NCBI GenBank assembly: GCA_047495785.1
Contig: JBLDXI010000019.1
Span: 558,001 to 622,000, forward strand
Length of the DNA stretch: 64,000 bases
Direction of reading: 5' to 3'
Source of the DNA: Lepidodermella squamata
Lineage: Eukaryota; Animalia; Gastrotricha
A program made the position numbers and the translations under genes. Positions within the stretch are counted from its first letter, which is position 1. The number at the start of each line of letters is the position of its first letter. Under the pieces are notes generated by a model. That model searched no databases, was not told the DNA's origin, and saw only the letters and a list, made by a program, of their open reading frames with translations. This document shows positions 1 through 12,446 of this stretch, in pieces.

Positions 1-3000
1 ATTCATCATTACTGGCGATTACATCTCAGTAAAAAACGAAATTCATAAATGTTTCGTAATTTTTGTAAATCCTTCAGGTGAATGGATACTCGCCTGGTAG
101 TAGCGCGACTGTTTTAGCGAAAAATGTCCTCGTTCCGAAATTATGGTCGATCCAGCCATTTGTTGTCGGCGTGGGGGCGCATAGCCTTAACACGCCCCAT
201 GAAGTTAACATCATCTCCATCCGGGTTTTTCAATCACCACCTTCGATAATCGACGTCAATTCCCTGCCACTTGGAATGTCGCAGGTGCCTGAATTCAATT
301 TCAATGGCTCTAATTTTGGTTTGAATTTAAAATAATCAGTAAATTTTGATTGATCAATTTTACCAACAGAAAACTGGATCGTTCAGTATCGATACAAGAC
401 TAATAAAACAGCTATAAATCCAAATTTTGTTAAACGAACTACTGGCTATATTTTGCTGCCAAAAGAAAGCGATAGGCAAGTGAGAATGTACAGCAAATTC
501 GTAAGAATTAATTCGATTTTTCGCAACATTTTCAATAAATTTTTCTCATCCAATCAGAATCTTACCGCCGGGGGTAGTGAATTGGTCACGCTACGCGTTG
601 CTGCTAACGTTGAAGCATCTGTGGTTTGTGATAGTTTTGTCGTTTTTCTCTGCCCAGATGAAGATTTCATCAACGGATCTCGTATGATTTCGAATCAAGA
701 TTTCGTTGCCAAATTTTCTGCTTTTCTTTTAATTCAGCGAACGAATATTATCTCCCACATTCATTTCGCGGTATCGCCGTCGCGGTCAATACGGCCAACT
801 CTTCGTCGAGGGGAGCGGCTTTCTATCATCAGTACAGATCTTACGTAGGCTCAATCACCACGGGGATCAAGCGAGGTAACATATTGAACGACCGCGTTCA
901 AGGATATGCTGTTTACGAGATAACTATCACGCCATCAAATGCTTCGGTAACTTAATGAAAGGCTCACGCATCAGGATTCAATTTTAACGCTTTTAAGGCT
1001 TCGATTTTGTTTTCCGATGGCAACAAAATCTACTTCGAGCCAACACCGGCCAACTTCCGAGGCATGTATACAGCCGGGCCGTGGGTTGTTGGAGCTTCAG
1101 CTGGCAACAGTCCAGCCAACAAATGCCAGATTCGGATCTACTCTATTGAAGTCCACCGCTCTCCGCCGGTAGCAAACCCAACAATATCTACTGAAAACGG
1201 TAAATTATGTAAATTACCCCAATAATTGGCTTATATTTTGCGTCAATTCAGCTTTTCTGGGAACTCGCATGCCCGCCTTCACTTATGACGGCTTCAACTT
1301 GGGTATATCCAAAATCGCTCATTTTTTATTTTTAACAAGTGTGGTGATAGATGATTGGTCGGCAAGAGGAAAGGACCCAGATGGAAGAGACAACCAATTC
1401 ACGCAAATGATTCAAACGCAGACGAAAGGCCTTACTCTTGTTACAAAAACCACCGACAGGCAAGCTGCGATCTTCTCTAGAAAGGTAATTTTTCGAAGAA
1501 GTTCAAGAATTTCATTGATTTTTTTTAAATTACTAGCCGCTACCAATGAATCAAACATTCAGTTACAACTTCGTCGTCAATTTGACTCTGACGCAATATT
1601 TCAACCTTGGATCTTTCGATTTTTTCCTCGCGCCGAGTGAATGTCTTAACAAACAAAGCTGGAATTGTTCGTCTTTTCATTATTTCGAAGCAATCGAAAT
1701 GTTTTTACCCCATAAACGCAGACTTGGCGTCCGAGTTTTACGCCCAAGCTCCAATGAAAGGATTCCATTTCATAGTTAACTTGAACAATGACGGGCTTCT
1801 TAAAACTGTCTATAGCTTGGAACCAACACTTGGCAACAATCTGACAATGGAAAACTCATTCGCGCCAGATTTGAACGTCAGCCCGTCGAAATTCACTGGG
1901 GATACATCGTACCGAATCCTGGTTCAGGGTGACTACATTTCAGTAGGGAAGAACTTTGTAAGATTATTTTATTGTAATAATCCTATTCCTAAGATTTACG
2001 TGACGCTGAATGATGGTGACGTAGTAAGTGTTTTGGAGAGCATATTAGCTCCTGGGCTATCGAGCAATGGCCCTTGGCATTTCGGAATCGGAGCCAGGGC
2101 GAGTGATCAGCGGTTCGAAATTTTCGTAAAATCCATTCAATGCTTCAGATGTAACTGCTTCAGAAACGTTCAATGCTTCAGATGTAACTACTACTACTAC
2201 TACTACAACCTCTACAACCAACGCAACTACTTCTGCCGCTTCTACAACCGAGACTACGACAATTAGCGTTTCACCCTCTGCTGAATCATCGAGTTCTATC
2301 ACTTCTACGGCAATACAATCATCACTATCAGCTTCAGTATCCACAATATTTCAATCGACTCAATCGACAGGCATAACACCTTTTACGGGACGTATCGAAA
2401 ATTTACTCCAATTAAGTTAGTAATGTCGACAAACTTGGTGACCGGAACATTTTTTCATACCTACCTTTTTTCCTTAGGCATAGGTGGAAACCTGCGAACT
2501 ATCGGAAATATCACTCTTTCAGACCAGCGAGTTTTCTCAAGTGAAATTTGGGATCCGGCTCTGGAAGATCCAAGTTCAAACACTTTCAAAGAAGTTGCTA
2601 AGGTCTTCGAATCCGTGGTAGGTGATATCGAATACCAAATCCCTCGGGTTCAATTATTATTTTTAAGATCGAGCAAATTTACGCTGAAACCGGGAATTTT
2701 GTTGACATCAGGGCTAAAGTGACGAAATTTAGCTACGGAAGCATCATCGCGGATTACATTGTTGCTTTGCGAAGCCTAACTCAGCTGTCGGAGGAACAAA
2801 TTCTAGAGAAGGTTCAGTCGGCAGTCGAAAAGCTTGCTGTCACCATATCAACGAAAATCGGGAAAATTCTAAAAATCGATTCGGCTTACATAAAGAATCC
2901 CACTATATCGCCTACAGTTGCTTTTGATTCCAATATTAAAAAGTTGGTTCCAGCCAAAGCTACGTCGAATAAGAACTCGAAAGTAATGGCTTCACATTTA

Positions 3001-3033
3001 ATAATAATTATGGCGATTGTAACTATGATTTAA
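1..3033 (+). pseudogene. Array copy 1 (5' part outside window): L-type lectin-like domains + Thr stalk + SEA + GPI-like tail; frameshifted
   Basis: Short GT-AG introns separate exons homologous to copies 2-5 (PWVVGASAG, SSNGPWHFGIG, YGSIIADYIVALRSLTQLSEEQI at ~2737; stop 3033). A 25-nt insertion at 2138-2162 shifts the frame just before the Thr-rich stalk. Confidence 0.75.
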
Positions 3034-3284
3034 AATAATTTTGTATAATTCGTAAAAACTATTTTTCGTTCCGATGAAAATAACTCAATTTCAACGCTAA
3101 ATAATTGAATATTGATTCTGGCCGGCTTATTATAGCCGTTCCATTAAATCAAACCAGAAATAAATAAAAACTGGGTAACGATTTCTTTACCATGTACATA
3201 CCGCAGGCCGCGGAATTCACCGCTATTCTGTTAGGTAAAATCTATCGGTTAGGTTTTTTCGAGGCACTTTTTAAATCATGTACT

Positions 3285-3570
3285 GTAAATCTTTAAGTCC
3301 CCTGAGCTTGTATAAAAAACGGGCCCTAGAAATTGGGTCCTGCGGATTTTCTTCCGTTTTTCTTCTGCGTCTACATCGACTGTTCGCCTCAAACGTGACA
3401 TCGGGTTTGGAAATAATGGCAACTGGCTGATTATTTTAGCTTATTTGCCTGAAATAATTAGGTACGCCCCTGAAGTCTTACCCCACTTTCGAAATTTGAT
3501 TGTATGTAAACCCAAGTTTCATAATGCAAAATTTACTCGGATTTCGGACTATGACATAGTTTTGAATAAA
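3285..3570 (+). promoter_or_regulatory. Conserved upstream/promoter region of copy 2 (paralogous to ~21843-22128)
   Basis: Non-coding similarity between copies 2 and 3; TATAAAAA at 3311 (CATAAAAA in copy 3). Confidence 0.45.
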
Positions 3571-3809
3571 ATGATCTACCGAAATAGTTTGATCGTAGGA
3601 TTTGGAGAGACACGTACTATTGCTAAACTTTACTTGAAAAATGATTAAAAGTATTTTATCCCAGGGCTTTCAGTACAATTGATGGTGGTCACGGCCATTT
3701 ATCTGGCCATCCATATGCAGTTTTCAGCTTGCCAAGACATTGCTGAACTTTCTCTCCCAAACGGCACCTCAAGTGAGCTTATAATAAAAGTTGATTGTTT
3801 CCAGGTGCA

Positions 3810-4100
3810 GCTTCCCGGAGCTTCCAGCTTGACCAGCCGAACACCAAGCTTTGGCCTTGCGTCAAAGCTGGCGAGTTCAGGACCTTGGAGGCTTATGAAC
3901 ATGAGTTATTGAAGAAAGAGTTATTAAATCTAGAGAAGGCACATACGGTTTTACCCGAAATATTTTCAACATCGAGCTGATTTCTTTTGTGGGTGTTGAC
4001 TTCGTTCAGCTCTGAAAAGCCACGCTCACAGTCCGCCGTAGCCACAGGCAAAACATTAAGATCATTGAGCAGTGTCCTCAAATGACTAGTTTCCGGCTCA
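3810..4100 (-). mobile_element. hAT transposase C-terminal (dimerisation domain) remnant in intron 2 of copy 2
   Basis: VLPVATADCERGFSELNEVNTHKRNQL followed, after a frameshift, by MFISLQGPELASFD, both typical of hAT C-termini. No TIRs located. Confidence 0.75.
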
Positions 4101-7100
4101 ACTCGAGTGCGCTTCCATTTGAAAGCGTGTTTGCGTCCCACTTTGGTGCCATTTTTCTTTTGCAAAGTAACAAATTGTTGTGCTTTTCAAAAGCAATACG
4201 TTACTTCGCCTCGAAATAGGCAGAATTAAAAAACGACGATGGTTTTTCCAGCCCCTCGATCAAATCGTTCCTCTTCAATTTTCTGCGCATTATCAAAGGA
4301 CTCGCCGATTTTATTACTCTGTGTTTCAAGCATGTTGCTCCAAGAGATTTGGTGCGCTTGACTTTTCACATTGACTTTTCTTTCAGTTTATCCCAAATAG
4401 ACCTACGGTCCTGATGACAAGTAGCACCGTCAGTTACGTCAAAGAGTAGAATCCTTCTTCTGATTTCCGATAGCGTTTAGCGTTGCTGTATTACTGTAGC
4501 GTGTAGCGTTACTTTGAGCTTAGGAGTAATTTCAATGAGTATTTTTTCATTTTTTCAGTCGCAGGAAACCTACTTTGGCAAATGAGGCTGAACGCCGCCG
4601 TTGATATCGGATCGCAATCAGTGAGACTCGTAAAAGATGTAAAGACATACCAAAATGGTGCGATTTGGTGCGCTACGGTAAGGATTTGTTGTGCTTCATC
4701 AGCCTAAAATATAAATTATTGTCACTTACAAACGCAGAATATCACTTCACCAAGCCTTCGCGTGCAAGCGAAACTTGGCCTGAACGTTACGAGTGGAAGT
4801 GGCGCTACATTCGCCATTCTGCTCGTAGATCGATATAAAACTGCGAAGAGTAAGATTTGTCCAAGCAATATTCTGATCTTATGAAATTTGTTCACAGCTG
4901 GTGGGAAAAATTTGGATGTGCAGAGAGATTCTTTCGTCGGGCTTGGCGTTATTTTCTCGTCGATGAAAAAATACGCCTACGTCGTTTATTCCCGAGTCGC
5001 CTTCGACACACTGGATGACGCTTTATTCTTTTACGACCAACCGATACAGATAGCCAATAAAAGCATCAGCGCCTTTAAGAATGGAGGATATTTGATAACC
5101 GTGGAAGTTTGCGACAACGAATTGTCAGTCTGGATGACCGTTCTGGATGGGAGCAAAGCAACCAAAATGTTCTCCCAAATCAAATTGAACGGTTTCGACT
5201 CGCTGGTATACGACTTACAACTGGGGGTAGTTGCTACGGTATCCGCCAACGGCTACGGCAACGTTGACGTTGCGTCGGTTACAACGACTTATCTCCCTTC
5301 AAATATCAGTAAGCAGATCGCTAATCTTCCTCACCTGGTTTTCAAAGTTTAAATAGGCAAAACATGGTCACTTGTTGAGGAATTGACGTTCGCTGGTGGT
5401 GACCCGGGTTGGTCATTATAGTTTTCATTCTGAAAGATTGTTAAAAAGCTTAATTTTCAGCCAATTACAAAACTGCTGCGAAGAAAACGACAGATTTTTC
5501 GGCCCTTACCCCATCGAACAGTTTTTCGCCTTCGAAAGGGTGCTACTTACATTCGCTAACTAATCGTCATTCAGCCTTTTACTCGAAAAATGTGAGAGAG
5601 TTTATACCTAGTTTGTCATTTGTCATTTATATCATTTCCGCTCATACTAACAGGCTTTACCGCAAGATGGTTCTGACATACGCGTGGTTTTCACGTTGAA
5701 TGTTCAACGAGTCGATAATGGGAATGGTTTCACTTTGTTTATAGCTCCTGTTGGTTCGCCAGCCGTTGGCGTAAACTGTAATATAAATTTTTGGCTAGCA
5801 TATCAATGAATTCTGGATTTTCTTATAAGCTACTGTTGGATTTCTGACCGACCCTTTACGCGGATTAGCTGTCATTGCTGGGGGGCCGTCTTGGAACCAT
5901 ACCATCCGCTTAGTCCATGCTGACTCTGACGGCTACGAATCTCTGAATGGAATTCTCGCACTCGTCAACCTAGCATCAACAGTGACGGAGAGAGTCAGTT
6001 ACAATAATACAGCTTTTGAGATAGCGGTGCTAGGAGATTACGTCTCTGTAAGAAATTCTGCGGTTTTTTCGAAAGCTTATCAACTTTTTTTACAGCTGAC
6101 TGCTTATTTACCCGGGAATGGTCTGACGATTCTTGCGAAGGATGTGCGGATACCTAATTTTTGGTCCATTAAACCATTTATTGTTGGCGTTGGGGCTCAC
6201 AGCTTGAGTATCCCTAATGAGGTCTACGTGATATCTATTCGTGTATTCAAATCTGACCACACGACTGATGTCGACCCATTTCCTGTGCCCGTTGGAATGA
6301 CCCGCCTTCCTCAATTCAGTTTCGACGGGTCGAATTTCGGTATAAAAAGATATTTTGAGGCGTAAGGATTTTCACATTGCTTTTACTAGGAAATTGGGCT
6401 GTCGAGTATCGTCATCAAAATTCAACCAAAATCAATCCGCTGCTAGTCCCACGAAACACGGGTTTCATCCTACTGCCCAAAGACAGTGGCAGACAGGCTC
6501 GAATGTACAGCAAATTGGTTAGTCTGATTATTTTCGTCCACTATAGAAAATTCCAGTTTTCCGTGTCTAGAACTTAACTGGAAGTGGAAGTGACCTCTTA
6601 ACTCTGCGGGTGGCGGCAAATGTGGAAGCGGGGGCAGCTTGTGAGGGCTTTGCAGTGTTCATAATACCGTCGGACCATTTTTACAATACTAACCGTCAGT
6701 GCAACAATGTAGCCTGAAATAACGATCATTTGATTGGTTTATTTTCGTTTTTCAGCGGCTTACTTCTTCTATCCAAATCCTGGGAGAGGGATAGCGATAT
6801 CTGTCAACACTACTGTCGTAGCTTCCAGAAATGCAGCTTTTATTTACAAATAAAGATCCTACTTGGGCCAGTTGTCATCAACTCCTGCTGTAGATCGGAT
6901 TTATGACGATCGAGTTCAGGGTTACGCGGTTTACGAAATCTCGATGTCTACCATTGCTCCATCCGTAAGTCGTTCAACTTCATTAGCCGGTTAAAGAGTC
7001 CAAATATATCTTGTCTTCAGGCATCCATTTTGTTTTCAAATGGATTGACTGTGGCTTTTAAAGTAGGCACAAGCCAGGGTATGTACACAGCTGGGCCGTG

Positions 7101-7982
7101 GGTGGTTGGTGCTTCATCTGGAAGTTACGCGAGTGCTGGCTGTCAAATAAGAATCTACTCGATAGATGTTTATCGATCAGCATCTAAATCCAACTCGAAT
7201 CTCGCAGATAATGGTATTGAAACGCTTTTACTTTACAGGCACCCAACGGCTCCTATTTCTTTTACTTCAAGTGCTCTTAGGCACTCCGATTCTTTCATTC
7301 TCATACGACGGCTTCAATTTAGGTAGATCTCATCGGAATAAAATGTTCCCATTATGTTGTATTTACATTTACATTTCAGATAACTGGGTCGTGAAAGGAA
7401 GGGACGCCGATGGAAGAGACAATAACTTTGATCCACCCATCCGGAATACAGATGGAGGACTGCTTCTGATACCGAAATCAGTTATAAGGCAGGCATCTAT
7501 GTTTTCAATTCAGGTAATCTTTCTGCCTGATGTTTTTTGTTCTCGCTATATGATCAATATAACTTTAGCCCATCCCAGCCCAACAGAATTTCAACTACAA
7601 TTTTCTGATAAACATAACAATAACGCCTCAGTTCCGCTACGGCGCCTTCGATATTTTTCTCGTTCCTGGACAAAATCTTGAAGCTATAAATTGGGATTGT
7701 TAGTCATTGATTTTGTTGTCTTTCTGTGAGATTGTTTTTCTTCTCGACACAGTCACGCTATCAGAGTTCTACGCACAGTCTCCGCTGAATGGATTTCATT
7801 TCATAGTTAGTCTAGCTAACGGAGTCATTCTAAAAACAGTCTTTACCACGGAGGCAATTCTCGGCGCGAGCTTGACCACGGAGAGCTCCTTCGGTACAGA
7901 TTTAACAGCCCAGACGAACGCCGGTCATATTACTGTCATATTAAAATACGTTTAAGTTCATATTAATGATGTCTTACAATAC

Positions 7983-8137
7983 ATATTACATTCATATAGT
8001 AAAATGTCCTGAATGTAATATGAATTGTCATATGAATTTTTTCGCGATATCCATATGACATTCATATCACTACTGTGCTAAATTTCGTATGATCGTTCAT
8101 ATGAAATTCAGGACATTTTACTATATGAATGTAATAT
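7983..8137. repeat. Perfect 32-bp inverted repeat in the left subterminal region of the CACTA element
   Basis: ATATTACATTCATATAGTAAAATGTCCTGAAT at 7983-8014; exact reverse complement at 8106-8137. Confidence 0.9.
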
Positions 8138-8479
8138 TATCACCGGTTTGTAACAAGTCGTATTTCTGTAATATCATCAATTTATTATCTGAATTAAAGT
8201 CACTGACAGAGAAGTCACCGAGAATGAACTAGCTAGAACATAGGATGAAAAATGTCGAGTAAGTCAGAATATGATGGTAATGATAATGATAATGAGTCCA
8301 GAGTATATAATGGCACAGGGTATTGTAATATAATGGCAAGTTCCGAAATCATAATTTCATAGTACAGAAATTCATAAGTAATCACTCAAACGGATCAGAA
8401 AATGCATCAGAAAATGCAAACATATATGTAACAACAAAACACAGAAGTTTGTTTTGCCACAGCGGGTTTAGGCAAATAA

Positions 8480-10658
8480 TTAACATGACGGCGACATGCT
8501 TCGTCTGTTGCTTCTTCCTTGCTTCTTCTTCCTCCATGCTTCTTCCTCTTCTTGTTCGTCATCGCCGCTGCTGTCACTTCCACTTCTATCCTCGTCTTCT
8601 TCATCGCTGCCGTGTTCGTCTTCTTCGACTACGCCATCGCTGGAGCTATTTTCCTTGTCTTCATCGCCATTGACTGAGCCGCCGCCACTGCTATCGTCGT
8701 CGTACTGCGGTCCGCTGCTTTGTAAGAACCCGCCTTCAGTAGTCACAAGCGTAACGGGAGGTGGCTCAACGGGCACTGGCGATAAGCGCTCTTCGTTCAT
8801 CCTTTTCTTGGAATGGGTCCTCGCCGGGTTGAACAGGCTATCCAGTGCATTAAAGCCAGGGTCTTTCTTAAGGCGGCGCATTAGTCGACGAACGGCCTCG
8901 ATCACACCGTCGAATTTTTTCCTGTTATCTGTAAGCTCTGGAAACAAACTCTTGGCCAGTCCTATTAAAAGCAGGCTGAAATATACTGATAATAGACAAT
9001 AATTATTGCTTTACCTTCCAAATCGGTGCACTCATTCTGAGGTAGTTGTGTCTTGGTGACCCCAGAGCCTAGCTTTTCCTGGCCGAAATGAATTAGGTAC
9101 GTTGCGACATGGAATGTATATGGGTCTCGCTTGTTGCAATGGAAGCGTTTACAAACAGCTTGGTAGAGTTCCAACTGATCGCGAGTCCAAGGCACGCCTC
9201 CGATGTTGGGATCCTAGAAAAGAAACGATTCACATGCATTTTTGATGGCGATAATCGACGCTAACGGTACCTGGTAGGTTGCGTTCGAAGTCACAGCTGC
9301 ATGCGAAGTGGCGACAATGCCGGTCAGATTGTAAACTAGTTGCAACAGATCATTGATTTGGAGCGACATGTTTTTCAACACAAAGTAATCAGCACTTTCA
9401 AGGTCCTCCCAGTATCGATCGCTGCCAATGATTCGGTCAATGCGCTTCTGCCTTTTCGTTCTAAGTTATAAGCAAGACGCAGATAAGGTAAAAATATGAG
9501 TTGGACGGTAAAAACTTACAGCTCGCTGTAAATCTCTTCGACTTGTTTTCGCCTAATCGTGAGAGAAAAAATAAGTCAAATAATTCAAATAATTAATCTA
9601 CCAATTACTTTGCGTCAAAGGTTTGAAGTTGCCGGCCGGATGGCTTTATCGGCGTCGCCTCGTTTGGCTTGGACGAGTCAGCCTCAACCTCTTCCAAGGT
9701 AAATTGCTTTCGCTTCGCCGGATTCGACATTTGGTTGCTTGTGCTAGGCGTATCAACACTGGGCTTGGAATTCGTTTTCGGTTCACCCGTAGCAGAATTA
9801 GCCTTCGATTCAGACGTAGTTGATCTCCGTTTCGATTTAGACGACGTTGATTTTCGCTTCGAGTTGTTGGATTTCGCCTTTGATTCAGATTTCTTAGGTA
9901 TCGGCTGTGAGTCAGACGAGTTTGATCTCGGTTCCGGGTCGAACGAAGTCGGTTTCTGCATCGATTCATAATTGTTGAATTGCGGCTGTGATTCAGATTT
10001 CTTAGTTATCGGCTGAGAGTCAGACAAGGTTGATTGCTGCATGGATTCATAATTGTTGAATTGCGGCTGTGATTCAGATTTCTTAGTTATCGGCTGAAAG
10101 TCAGACAAGGTTGATTGCTGCATGGATTCATAATTGTTGAATTGCGGCTGTGATGCAAACGGGTTCGATTCCTTTTCCGGGTTAGATGAGGTTGGTTTCC
10201 GCTTCGATTCTTCAGACTTCTTTGATGTCAGATTTGGTTCACTCACCGACTTAGAATTTTGACTGCTGAATGGATTTCGGCGCGTTTTTCTCGTAGATGT
10301 CTTACGCGGCACCTCTCCACTGTCTGAATCAGGTCCACCTGAAAGTCGAGTTAACCGCTTTAGCTCAGCGTTGGCCATATCACAAGAGGCAACTAAATGA
10401 AGCTTGTAAAAAGCGAGGCAGTGTTAAATAGTTGAAAGATTTACATTTTGAAAGGAAGACCCCACTGCCTACTGCATTTTTGCCCTGCATCGGGGCGGTA
10501 TTTAATCTGTTCATCCAGGTCCAGCTATAACGCTGGCCGACCACCAGCTTTTTCGGTGGGTCTCGCAGGAGGGTATTCGTAATGTAACAGTAGTACGGTT
10601 TCTTTCTGGCATCAACGTGCATGACGAGGTACCTTTCCGGGTCGCTAGCAAGCGTCAT
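8480..10658 (-). CDS. Transposon accessory protein, multi-exon, low-complexity middle, possible C-terminal BEN-like domain
   Basis: ORFs 10380-10658, 9605-10378, 8965-9195 and 8480-8947 can be linked through GT-AG introns (e.g. DLEG|LAKSLFPE); the small middle exons were not fully resolved. Divergent from the transposase and inside the TIRs. Confidence 0.65.
9960..10152 (-). repeat. 81-bp (27-aa) coding repeat in the transposon accessory gene
   Basis: GATTCATAATTGTTGAATTGCGGCTG at 9963, 10044 and 10125 (QPQFNNYESMQ three times). Confidence 0.9.
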
Positions 10659-11243
10659 AGCTAAGGAATCTAACTGAACAGAAGGAAAAATTCAACTAGC
10701 CATTCCTAAAAAAGTGACAGATGTGAACAGTGTGAATCAGTTGTCTACACGGTGCAGCCGAGGTGGTATGTTTAAGAATCAGGGTGTCTAAAAGCTTAAA
10801 GTCATCGTGGCAAAAAAATTTCGCAAGTCTTTTTGCCGCCTTTTCTCACCGCTAAGTTTCAAAACTGAAAAACGTGCTTACAATTTTTCACATTTGTTCT
10901 TAAACTTATAACTTTCAAATTTAATATAAAAACAAATTAATTTTTATTAATTTTATTGTTTTAAAATTCAAAAATCGCGCGTGAATCGAGACCAGAGCCA
11001 TCGCCAAAGCAGGCGGTGAGTGAAAGTATGTGACTCGCGGCATCACGGGGTCACAACAAATGAAGGAAATTTAATTTTGATGGCGTTTAATCTCTTGATT
11101 TCATCATTTCTTTGATTATGCAACAGAGTGTGTGGATTAGCTGCCACTCAAGTCGTGCTGCGAGTCGCCCCGCTTTTTTAGTCAAAATTCCATCATAAAT
11201 TACGCCAGTTCATCAGAAACAAATTTTCAATTCATTTCAACAG

Positions 11244-11747
11244 AGGGGTTTTTTTTTATTCGCAACAGAAAATACAGATACAGCTACAGTTTGTTGCATT
11301 CGAAAATTCGCTACAGAAATACTGTATTTCTCCAGTATTTTCTACGTATTCGAATAAAAAATACAGAAAATACAGCCCTATTTTTTCTACAAATAATACA
11401 GCCAGAAAAAGTGTGCTAAGTGTAGAAATGGGGCTCCTGGTGCGCATAAAAAGTGCCGGGGCAAAAATAAGAAGAAAAAAATTGCTTGACCCCACGAGGA
11501 GTCGAACCCTCCACGCCGATTTTGCCCGATAAATAAATTCACATTCGCGAATGGCTTACGATTTCTGCATTTTGCACAGATTCAAAAATCAAGTGCTGGA
11601 AAAATATTTTTTATACTGTATAAAATATAGCGAATTTACAAACGCGTGGAAATTATTGCATTTTTTGTAGAAAGTGCCATTTTCGAACGACAATACACTA
11701 AATACAGTATATACTGTTCGAAGTGTTGCGAATAAAAAAAAACCCCT
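11244..11747. mobile_element. 504-bp MITE nested in the CACTA element (PIF/Harbinger-like by TSD)
   Basis: Perfect 24-bp TIR AGGGG(T9)ATTCGCAACA; 3-bp TSD CAG at 11241-11243 and 11748-11750; non-coding. Confidence 0.85.
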
Positions 11748-12446
11748 CAGCTATTAAAATGCCTGTCTATCTTCTATCTCCTTTGATTTGCAGATTTTTT
11801 CTAAGGTCAATTGCTGATCAATGATCAACTAATAGACCCATCTGAATTATCCTGATTTTTCATTATTTAGCAGTTATCTCGGCCAGAAAATTTCTTTAAC
11901 TTTACCAGCATTATTAGCATGGGCAAATTAGGCTTGAAATCTTGATTTTTTTTAGGAAACTTAAACTTCAGTTTTTCGAAATATATTTCCCGGCTGTGTT
12001 GCGTAATCATGAAAAATTATGTCCTTGTTTTCACATTTATTTGAATTTCGATACGTAAATTTATTCTCATAGTTTGACCGATTTCATTGGCTCGGTTTTG
12101 AGTTATTGGAATTATTAGCCGGCTTTCGATATGTCAATAGGCCTGATCTAACATGGCTCCCACTACTTTCCGATTTACTTGCTCAATGCCCTGGCAATTA
12201 TCCCGGGTTTTTTTCACGACGTTTTATAATTTGATTTTGACTTTGAAAATGGCAACATCCCGAGGAGGGGCGGCGGGAGCTTTTGCCCGATTTTTCAACT
12301 TGATTTGAGCTTGTTCCAGGCACCGTTTACCTTTGTTTTTTTTTTTGTTTTTAGGTCCTAATTTATAGCTCATGACATTGATTACGAATTTCTTGTTTGT
12401 CAATCATAGGTTTTCCGTTACACAACAGTTCTATTTTGCTTCTACA

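Noticed and set aside
2151-2163. 13-nt GTAACT...CAG micro-intron rescuing the copy 1 frameshift
   Set aside because: Far below the local intron size, and removing it creates an in-frame TAA.
11440-11560. tRNA gene
   Set aside because: Only a B-box-like motif is present; no acceptor stem or cloverleaf could be folded.
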